Made by a program: the position numbers and the translations under genes. From the NCBI GenBank assembly GCA_043228905.1, contig JBHGNT010000008.1, positions 6,634,001 to 6,698,000 of the forward strand: 64,000 bases of DNA, given 5' to 3'. The DNA is from Azolla caroliniana (Eukaryota; Plantae; Polypodiophyta). This document shows, one piece after another, positions 54,379 to 64,000 of this stretch (position 1 is the first letter of the stretch; each line of letters begins with the position of its first letter). The notes below the pieces were generated by a model. It did not search any database. It saw only the letters and a list, made by a program, of their open reading frames with translations, and was not told the DNA's origin.

Positions 54379-56151
54379 TGTTGATGTATGTATATATATG
54401 TATACGTATGCGGAAAATGTTTGCGGACCTGTTCGCTTATGCACAGAAAACAACACACACAGAAAATACAGTGAATCGAGACTTAGACAGTAGATCGAGC
54501 TTTAATGGAAAGCTTGTTATTACTTCGTTCTCTCTCAGAGATACAATGCACAATCACTTCATCTCTCTGTCACTCGTCATCACTCATTACAATGTTAGGT
54601 ATTCGCTTATATACTAAGCCCTAACTTATTAACGAGTTCACACTCGGACGGATACAATTTGGAAGGAGTCGGCCTTTTATGCCAACAAACTCCCCCGTAA
54701 AAGGACTACTCTTTCTTGCATGTACAAGTGCTTGGGGTTATCTCCATCGTAAACCTAGATTACAAATTTAACTAGATTTTATGTTACAAGTCTGTCGGCA
54801 AGTAGCCGAGTCGGCAGGGGTATAGTATGAGTGTCGGTCAACTCTTACCTTGCGCTCCTCGTTTGGCTTTCTTCTGCTCGATCGCTTGTCGTAGCCCCAT
54901 CTTCGTCCTTAGTGTTCCAAAACATTGATCTAGGAGTGGCTTCGTCAGGCAATCAACGATGTTCACTTCGGTGTCAATCTTCTGGATTTCAAGTTTCTTC
55001 TCGCTCACGAGCTCTCAGATATGATGATACCGCACCTCAATGTGCTTCCTCTTCACATGATAGACGGGATTGTGGATGAGGTGTATTGTGCTTTGTGAGT
55101 TGCAATAGATGGTCGGTGTTGGTTAGCCGTTTTAGGTTTGCAGTTTCGAAGTCGACAGTCAGTCGGTGCTACCAGATCGCTTCCTTCGCTGCTTCCGATG
55201 ATGCTATGTACTCGGCTTCTGTGGTAGACAAAGTCGTGCACTCTTGAAGTTTCGACCTCCATGATATCACACCAACCACGATAGGTGAAGTTGTAGCCTG
55301 ATGTCGATTTCCGATTATTTGTGTTTCCAGCGTAGTCGGAATCGGTGTAGCCTTTGACTTTGGCTGAGGTTGTCAGTCCGAAAGTTAGCTATGCATCCAA
55401 GGTTCCTTTTAGATACCTAAGAATGTGCTTGACGGCCTCCCAATGCTTCTTTCCTGGGTTTGACATGTACTGGTTGACCACCCCTACGACATAGGCTAGG
55501 TTAGGTCGGGTTGCCACCATTGCGTAAATGATAATTCCTACTGCCGACGCATAGGGTATCTTTCCATTAAGCTCTCTCTCCTTGTCCGTTGCAGGAGAGT
55601 CTCTGTCCGATAGTCTGATCAACGTCGGAAGCGGTGTCGGTGCACATTCTCCATGTTGAAGCACTTCAGCACCTTGCGGATGTATTCGGATTGGGAGAGT
55701 TGGAGAGTTTTGGTCGTCCGATTTCGCTCTATCCTCATGCCCAGTATGTGTCGGGCTTGTCCGAGTTCCTTCATCGCGAACTTTGCGTGAAGGATCCGCT
55801 TCAGCTTACCGATCTCTACTTGATTGCTTCCTGCAATCAACATGTCATCGATGTATAGGATCAGATAGATACTTGACTCATCGGCCAATTGCCGACCATA
55901 CATGCATGGGTCGGAGTCTGATATGTTGTATCCAAGCTGCCGTATGTAGGAGTCAAACTTCTAGTACCACATTCTCGGCGCTTGTTTTAGGCCATATAGA
56001 CTTTTCTTTAGTCGACATACGAGGTGACTATCCTCCCCTATCGCCGTGAAGCTTGCCAGTTTAGACATATATATGTCTTCTTCCAGATCTCCGTGTAGGA
56101 ATTCCATCTTTACGTCCATCTGCTTGAGCTCTAGATCTTCTATCGCCACGA
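54379..56151 (-). mobile_element. 3' part of a second Ty1/Copia element (RT, RNase H, PPT, 3' LTR)
   Basis: Minus-strand QMDVK, LKKSLYGLKQAPRMWY, LYIDDMLIAG and TRPNLAY motifs; PPT GGGGGAG at 54690-54696; LTR 54379-54687. Interrupted at 56151 by a Gypsy LTR. Confidence 0.9.
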
Positions 56152-59100
56152 TGTCATGTTGTCATGTTTGCGCGTAGGAAACTAAGGCGGGACCGCGGGG
56201 GCCTTGAACCGAGGAGTGTGCGAAGATAGAAGGAAAAGAAAGAGACAGAGCGAGACAGTAAGTGCTAGATGCCAGCAAGCGTAGAGCTTGCCGAGTCAGA
56301 CAATGACACGACAACACGCCAAAGACAGACAAAGAATCGCAGTGGTTTAAAGAATATTGCAACTGAACAGAGATCACACTTAGGAAGAGTTGATTACAAC
56401 TAGACGGAGATTACAACCGGTACGCCGACGTCCACGCCAGACACTCACACTCACACTCACACTCACACACACCAGGTTAAAAATGCGCTGTGTAGCCTCT
56501 ACCGGAAGCACACATGCTTTCCTCATGAACAAAGGCATCCACGCAAGAATCCTGCAGAGATAACAAAAGAAATTGGTGCTTGGTTCCTAGTCTGACAACA
56601 CCTCCTCCCAAAAGCGATCCCCTCCCTCAGTCTTTCTCCCCCCCTTTTTTTTATAGGCCGTTGAGGATCGGCCGTTACATCCTAGTTACATCACCTTTAT
56701 TCCCTGTCCCTTCGGACAGAGATACGCCTTGATTTGCTAACCTATTAATATGTTTATATTTACATCACGCCGACCTACTCTTAAATGAGGTACATTAACT
56801 TAAATCGGTGCGTATCTGTGTAAAAACTGTTCACGTGCTAGGACTCCCTCCTACGGCCGGTTTTGTCCAGGACATCCACCCCCACCAAACCACACATCTA
56901 CGGGCATGCGCCGAAAAGAGACAGATATAGGGAGAAAACCGGCTTATGGTCAACTGTCGCTCTCCGAATAATCGTCCACTCTCTCCGGGACCGGCTAGTC
57001 TTTGTGCCGCTTCTTGAACGCCTTGATTCTCTTCCCCGCCAGCGGTACCGCTATCTGCGTTCCGTCGAGCTCTGCGAGATGGTAGATGCCGTTGCTATTC
57101 GCGCCCGTTATGGTGTAGGGCCTGAACCACCTCCTCACAAACCTACGCGTTGCCTTGTGATGATTGTCGAGGCTACTATCGTAAATCAGTACTTAGTCGC
57201 CTTCCTCGATCTTCTTCGGTCGTAGCAGGTGCGTCTAGTCGAACCGACCCTTATTCTTCACCCTCGCCGCTTGCAGCTTTGCCTTTGCCTGGTCCACGTC
57301 CTCTAGTCTTCTCTCAAGCTGGCGAATCCGCGCCGCCAACAGCTGTTCCCGGCTCATCTCGTCTCTCTAGTCCACATGTTGCCCATGAGGAATTCGTCTG
57401 CTCCATCAGCATGATCGTCTTTTACCCACACATCAGCTCTGCCGGCATGAACCCAGTTACCGAACTATGCGTAGTTCGGTCCGCCCACAAAACGTAGGGT
57501 AGGAGTCGTGACTAGTTACCAACTTGTCCTTCGCATGCTCATACTAAGGCCTTCACGATCGGCTCGTGTCCGCGCTCCACTTTCCCGTTCGCCTCCGGAT
57601 TGTACGTTGTCGTGAGAGAGAGCTTAACCCCTAACCGGCCGAACAACTCATCGACTTCCTACGCGTCCAGCTATCCCCGGTCAGCCACGATCTTCCCTAT
57701 GCACCCGTAGCGACATATCACGTCCTTGATCAGGAACCGACACACGGCCGCAGTCGTCTTGTTTAGTAGCGCACGACCCTCCACTTGGTTCGTCAGGTCC
57801 TCTCGTGCAAGTGCCAAATACCGCATCTGCCCGACCCCCATCGACATCGTCACTAAATCCACCATCCACTTGAAATGGACAGTCGGCGGGTAGGTCGGGT
57901 GCAACTCATCTCTGTGCTGGATCACGGAATGCACTAGACAACTTTCATAGGTCGTCACGAATTGGTGCACGTCCCGGTACATTCCCGGCCACCAATACTT
58001 CTCCTTCATCTTCTCGAATGTGGCCCACGTTCCACGGTGTCCGGCCCAAGGGCTCTCGTGATACGCCGATAGCAATGCCTTCTGTTCCTCTACTCTTCCG
58101 GCTGCGCGGAGTGGGACACCATTTCACTTCTTCAGATGCCTCCATAAGCTCCCGTCCCGTAGGAAGAACCGGTACGCCTTCTTCCGGATCCGGTTTGCCT
58201 CGTCCTTCATCCATGCCTCGTTTGGTGTCAACGTCCTCAAGTACCTACTGATCTGGAGCCACTCCCTGTTGTACTCACCTTTGTTAAATTCGTGAAGTGC
58301 CGGTGTGCTCCCCTCTCTTGCCGCCATGCGTGCTGACTCGAAGAAGTCTATGCCGACTTCTTCGTCTTCAGAAACCATGCCGCCTTCGTCATCGAACCGT
58401 GCTCTGGAAAGCATGTAGGCCATGGCGTTGTCCTTCCCGAAGATGTGGTGTATGTCCGGATTCAGGGACTTAATGCACGCGATCCACCTGAGCATTGCCA
58501 GGTCTGGCGTCACGTATTCGGAAACCATACCGAGGATCGGTAGGCAGTCCATCGTGATTATTACCTTCGTCTCGATAAGATAGTCTTTGTCGGCCTTAAA
58601 TGCCAAAATGATACCCCAAAGTTTGCGCTTAACCGGGGCGTACCCTTGCCACCACTCGCTTAGTACCTTCGCTCCGAACCGGATGGGGAACCTCGTGCCG
58701 TTTCCTTCCTCCTGATTGACCACCCATCCGATCCCGATCGGACTTGTATCCACGGTCACATAAATCGGGACCTCCTTTTTGTAAACCGCTTTCCGGAGTG
58801 CCGATGTTGCGGTTAGTGCTTCCTTCAACCTCCAGACCGACTCCATATGCTCCTATTCCACTCGAACTTGTGCCCCTTCTTCAACAACCCGTAGAGCGGT
58901 TTTGAGACATTTGCGTAGTGTGGAATCCAGATGTGATAGAACACACACGCGCCTAGAAACCTTCGGACCTCTGTAACCGACTTGCATTCTTCCTTTATTG
59001 TGGAGATGGTTTCCACCTTCGTCGGAGACGGTTTCCGACCGTAAGGCCTACACAAGTGTCCAACCACCAAGATCTCGGATTGCCCGAAAGCAGACTTCTC

Positions 59101-60105
59101 TCTGGAGAAGTTGAGCCGCGCGTTCTCGACCCTATATAACACCTGCTCATAGTCGTCGATGTGGTCTGCTACAAACCTCCGGCATCCATCCGGTCCGACC
59201 GATTCGTCCATATCCTCTACTGGACATTCTTTGATCGGGACCTCTTCAAAAAACGGCATGGCGATGTTTGGGATGCAGTCCCTTAGCACTTTATTCATTG
59301 CGTTCACCATGTGCACCACCGACTTGGTCCCTCCTTGCGGTAGGGTACACATCCGCACTAAACCGAGAGGAGTCCGCATTGTCGTAATATCCCTTCTCTC
59401 TACGGCTAGTTGGAATTGATCGTATCCCGAGTACAGATCACCAACCGAATAGATCGACCTTCCAGCGAAGGCCTTTGCAAACTCGTCAATCGTCGGCCCG
59501 ATCCATGCGTTTAGTATAATCACTTTGTTGGCCGACTGCAGGTCTTGAATGAAGCACAACATGCCATTCCTCTTCGGCACCGTAAACCACCAATTCGAAT
59601 ACGGGGCACTCGACGGCTCGAGGATGCCAATCTCCACCTTCAACTTCAGTAGCTCCATCAATTTCGAGATGTGAGCTCTTGGTACCGGAATCGGTTTGAG
59701 GTTCCACGACAAATGCGATACCGTGAAGATAACCATTGGTTCCGTGATCATCAAGTCCACGCACCCGATCTCCTCCGACGAGAATGCGAAGGCCTTTTCG
59801 TGCCTCCCGAGCATCCTCCGAAACCGGTCCTCCTCTCCCAGAAGTCCGCAATGACTTCGTACATCTCTACGGAAGCAACTGGAACCACCCGGTCTTCATC
59901 GAGGCCTTCTTCGAACACCCTCCCTATCTCTCCCAGGGTGTCGTCAAAGGAGACTGCCTCCACGGCATCACTAATCTCTTCGTTTGGGCCAAGGAGTCCG
60001 CACGCCCTGAGACGCTCCTCGACCTTCTTCCTTTCCCGGCCGCCGATGCCGGTGACTGTACAACCTCCACTGTCTGAGAACCAAAACTTCCTACCTATGG
60101 TACAC

Positions 60106-60173
60106 GTGTGGGGTTCCTCCGAGGTGTCTGGACTATCGCGGCCCCACACCTTGATAGCCCTCTCTAAAAATCC
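60106..60173 (-). promoter_or_regulatory. Putative -1 programmed ribosomal frameshift signal (slippery heptamer plus pseudoknot)
   Basis: Minus strand: G GAU UUU UAG, a 6-nt spacer, stem GGGCUAUC/GAUAGUCC and stem GUGUGGGG/CCCCACAC. The downstream ORF is in the -1 frame. Confidence 0.7.
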
Positions 60174-60483
60174 CCTCGGCCATCGCCGTCGAAGGTCTCT
60201 TGGTTGCGCTCATGGTTCGGTCGTACCGTCAAGAACTGGACGGAGTGACATCCATCTTGGCTTTTTACCCTTGCGTACGGTGAACTGTTGTCCAGTACTT
60301 TGGTCTCCATAAGGGCTGCCGTAATGTATGGCTTGCCGAGGATAACTGGGTGTGAGGATGTTTCCTGCACGAAGAAGTGCTGGTCTATTTCAACGTCTTT
60401 TAACTTCATGCGCACATTCGGGCATGCTCCGTGTAACTCCTCCATGGTGCATGTAGCCGCGTGTATTTTCCACCCGTGCTTGG

Positions 60484-60911
60484 TGTTAGAACCAAGAGAG
60501 AAGGTAAAGTGATAAAAGAAAGATATAAAGAGATCACAAGAAGAGGAATGAAATGATAAGAGAAGAACAAATGTATTAAAGTAGAATAAGAATGGATACA
60601 AGATAGGTGATGAGAGCTTAAGACTGGTGTTGATTCGAATTGGTTTTGACAAGAATTGTATGTCCATATTTATAGGTTCCTATAGAATAACCTAGTGATT
60701 TCTATAATGTTCTAGAATGTTCTAGACCTAGAATATTCTAAGATGTTCTAGGATATTCTAGAACATTTACAATATCAATCTATTATAAGAAGTAGCTTTT
60801 ACTATTTCATATAATCATATGCTATCTAAATGGTTAGGTTCTTGATTATGTATTACAAGGTCTTGGGTTCAGGCCCAAGTGAAGCCACATAATGTTCACG
60901 GATTCATGACA
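60484..60911 (-). mobile_element. Solo LTR inserted in the Gypsy protease, TSD CTTGG
   Basis: TGT...ACA termini and CTTGG at 60479-60483 and 60912-60916. Removing it restores the reading ...WSINTKHGWKI... Confidence 0.92.
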
Positions 60912-61541
60912 CTTGGTGTTGATCGACCATTTGCCTTTTTTGTAGAAGTCCATGGACATTAGGTTTATCTCGGAGTTGTGGTCTATCAATGGTACCACCG
61001 GCTCTTGGACATTCCCGATCCGTACCGGGGTCTCCGTAGTAGCTCTTGCCCAGTGCAACTTCGAGTAGTGGCTCTCCGCCAACTCATCCTCCAATGCCTC
61101 GTCTTCCAGGTGCGTCGTCCACACTTCCACGGCCTTCTCTAGTTCCGGCTCCGTCGAGAGCTGTTTATGCTTTACCAAGTCCACAATGGAATCATGGAAC
61201 TCCCTCTTCGCGATCCCGAGCACTTCTCTCAACGACAACTACACCTTGTTGTCGAGGATCCTCTCCTCAAGGACCTTCTGCAAGTCTGTCAATCTGTCAA
61301 TCTCTGTGACCAGCCGGTAATCGGCCTACTTCGTTTTGTCCGGTATGCCAGGATTACCGACATTGTTCTTCTTCGGTCCGAACCGAGTCTCGTACTGGTT
61401 TGTGGGTCCGGTTCCTTCGGCTCTCCCCGCTCGCTTGTCCTCTACCAGAAGTTCGTAGTTTTGGCACACGTCTTCCACGAATCCGGTCTTCTCCTCGACT
61501 AGGTCGGACCACCCTCTAACTTCCCATATCCGCTGCTCCGT

Positions 61542-64000
61542 TGTCGTGAAGAATTTCGGCCAGAGGCGAAAACCGGGAAACATTGGCTACATCGGCGGGG
61601 TGCAGCGTGTGTACGCACCCATGTACGTTTAGTGTGAATATCGAGGGCGCCTTTATGGCGCCGAAGAGTAGTCAAGTCGGGACAGACGATCCCATGTAAG
61701 TCGGGATTTGTCCTGCATTGTAATGCCTCCCTTTCCTTGTTCTATAAAAGGAAGGGAACGCCCTTTGTAAAAGGGTTGCCCATTTTGCATTAGAGGGTAT
61801 ACCGGTAGGTTTAGGGTTAGGTTTCTTCTTCTTCCCCTTCGTGTTCGCTTAGGGTTTGCTTTAGCTCATCTCCTGCGCAAGACTCCGCTCGGCGCGACGA
61901 GCCCGTGAGCTCCCCGACGGCGGCTTGGCAGCAGACGACTATTGTAACCTACCTCAGTCCGGCTCGAAGCCGGGAATGTATTCTTCTTATATATATATAT
62001 ATATACGTTTGTCTGTGTATATTCGCGTCGTTGTTGGCGTTGGGTGCTTACCCTCTCCTGCGTTTTCTGTACATAAGGCGTCGGTCGGGTCGGGCTGTGT
62101 GTGCGTGTGTGTGCGTGAGTCAGTGTTAAACACGCTCTCTCTCTCTCTCTCTCTCTCGCTCTCTCTCCCTTCGGTTGCTTCCGGTGGGTTTCTAAGATGC
62201 CCTAGTAACGGTGAAGCACGACTTCCTACACTCCATCACTCCCTAGTCCAAGACCCCCGTGGTCCCGCCTTTCTCCACGCACGCATGTAACAACGCGACA
62301 TATTTGGTGAACCCGACGTGAAAGGCGGCAAGGGAGGATGGAGTTGGAAGACGACGACCTTACGGAGATGGTGGCCGAAGTGGTGTTGGAGTCGGCACGA
62401 GTGGTGATGAGGTGAGAAGCAGCGCAACAAGCGGTTGAGCGAGTGGTCGAAAGAGTCGGCCATTTCAACGGGGACAAAGTCCCATCTTACTTGGAAGCCT
62501 ACAACGTGGAAATGGAGGAGCGTGGCGTAGAAGAGGCGTTGAGGCCGGAGTTCTTCTGCCGGGTCGTAGCTGTCCGGATGCATGCGGAAGTAAAGGAGCT
62601 CCATGAGGCTCATAGTTCGTGGGAGGCCTTCGAAGAGGCGCTCTTGAAAGCATATGGAGGATGGCGGAAGAGCCGGGGACGGCACCACTTCGACCAGTGG
62701 GTAGCATCGACAAAGACCCACCAGGGTGCGACGAAGGCGTTCCGGGAGTTCGAGCAACGACTTGCTCGGCTCCCAGAGCGGGAACAAGGTTTGGTGGGGG
62801 CGGACAAAGTCCTTTTGTTCGTCAGGTCGATCGACTGAGCGGAACGGGAAGCCATCGGGATTGAGCTCCAAGACGATGATGGAGCGAATGGGCTTACGGA
62901 GGACTGGTCGAAGGTCGGAAGGGTGTGCCAAAGGCTAGACAACGAGCGAGCCGAGAAGGCTAAGAGGAAGGTACGCGACGGCGTGCCATCACAGCGGGAA
63001 GAGGCCGAACAGCAAAGAGAGTCGGCAAGGGTCGGCGTTGGGGCCAGGATTGCGGAGGCGTATGCAACGCTCAAAGCGATGCTCGAGGAAGAAGGAAGAT
63101 CGAGGCCGGAAGCCGAGACCGAGGAGACGGACTTGCCCCACGCGACGGCGGAAGATCGGTACGACGGTACCACGGGAGAGGGTGCGGAACGAAACGCCCT
63201 CTCGACTTGCGGAGAGAGAACGGCCAAGGACGAGGCCGAGATACAGATCGCGGAATCGGAACGTTGGGACTAGCGGTTTGGGGCGTGTCAGCCCGAGATC
63301 CCGGTCATTGAAGAAGCAAGCCCAGACGGGGCTTGCGCGATCGGTAAGAAGTCGACCGCCGACCACGGAGAGCCGGTGGCTACGGACAAGGGCGTAAAAC
63401 GGGCGGGTGATTCTTTGTGTCTTCCCACGCTTGCTCCAGAGACGATGGCAGTCGGGCCCGAATACCCGCATGAGTCCCAAGCGGAGGAAGGCGGCGGCGG
63501 AGGGCCAGAAGTTGAGACCGAGGAGACGGACTTGCCCCACGCGACGACGGAAGATCGGTATGACGGTACCACGGGAGAGGTTGCGGAACGAAACGCCCTC
63601 TCGACATGCGGAAATAGAACGGCCAAGGACGAGGCCGAGATACAGATCGCGGAACCGGAACATTGGGACCAACGGTCAAGGGTGTGTCAGCCCGAGATCC
63701 CGGGCATTGGAGAAGCAAGCCCAGACGGGGCTTGCGCGATCGGTAAGAAGACGATCGCAGACCACGAAGAGTCGGTGGCTACGGACAAGGGCGAAGAACG
63801 GACGGGTGATTCCTTGTGTCTTCCCACACTTGCTCCCGAGACGATGGCAGTCGGGCCCGAGTGCCCACATGAGTCCCAAGCGGAGGAAGGAGGCGGCGAA
63901 AGAGCGAGAATCACCGGCGAGACGATAAGGGGGAAGGAGCGGACGAAAGCCCACGAACCCGATTCCGGAGAACTCGGCAATTGGGCCCGTATGCCCATGT
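61542..64000 (+). mobile_element. Gypsy element nested in opposite orientation: 5' LTR (61542-62300), tRNA-Trp PBS, disrupted gag, running off the window
   Basis: TGTCGTGAAG...CGCGACA with TATAAAAGG at 61743 and PBS TGGTGAACCCGACGTGAA at 62305-62322. The gag from 62338 (VGHFNGDKVPSYLEAY, LLFVRSID) has stops at ~62414, 62836 and 63271. Confidence 0.9.
63115..63898 (+). repeat. 399-bp (133-codon) in-frame tandem duplication in gag
   Basis: GAGACCGAGGAGACGGACTTGCCCCACG occurs at 63115 and 63514. Confidence 0.9.

Larger units (their letters stand above)
56152..61541 (-). mobile_element. Fungal-like (Ylt1/basidiomycete-type) Gypsy element, 3' part: gag end, protease, RT, RNase H, integrase, 3' LTR
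   Basis: 3' LTR 56152-56874 preceded by PPT GGTGGGGGTGGA. Integrase HESPWAGHRG (57671-58075), RNase H VTVDTSPIGIGW, RT (DLYSGYDQ, LPQGGTKS, degenerate FFEEVP for the DD motif) and protease LIDHNSEIN. Interrupted at 61541. Confidence 0.9.

Noticed and set aside
54042-54617. 191-aa ORF
   Set aside because: It runs across a MITE-like end, homopolymers and an LTR, so it is not a plausible gene.
62236-63998. Many long overlapping ORFs on both strands
   Set aside because: They are shadow ORFs of GC-rich gag sequence. Only the + frame from 62338 matches the gag homologue at 17179.

Overview
This is eukaryotic nuclear DNA from a land plant, most likely a fern or another seed-free plant. That assignment is an inference from the truncated PLS-E PPR style and the non-seed-plant Gypsy lineages. 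The first ~37 kb holds five host genes: an intronless PLS-class PPR protein (-), a tandem pair of 7-exon plastid START/SRPBCC (polyketide cyclase-like) genes (+), a 9-exon TBCC-domain gene (TBCCD1, +) and a convergent 11-exon uracil phosphoribosyltransferase-like gene (-). The last ~25 kb is a nest of degenerate LTR retrotransposons, several with readable target-site duplications (TSDs). Four observations stand out. (1) A TSD-bounded Gypsy element at 40962-48570 has no polypurine tract (PPT) and instead carries inward-facing tRNA-Arg-complementary sites next to both LTRs, which suggests tRNA priming of both cDNA strands. (2) The UPRT-like gene is intact but has substitutions in five substrate-binding motifs, making it a probable pseudoenzyme. 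(3) A fungal-like Gypsy carries a complete -1 frameshift signal (GGAUUUU plus an H-type pseudoknot) between protease and RT. (4) In the START duplicate pair, one copy has lost conserved residues and the other has an LTR/gag fragment in place of its upstream region. All calls were made by eye and reference motifs were recalled from memory; no searches were run.
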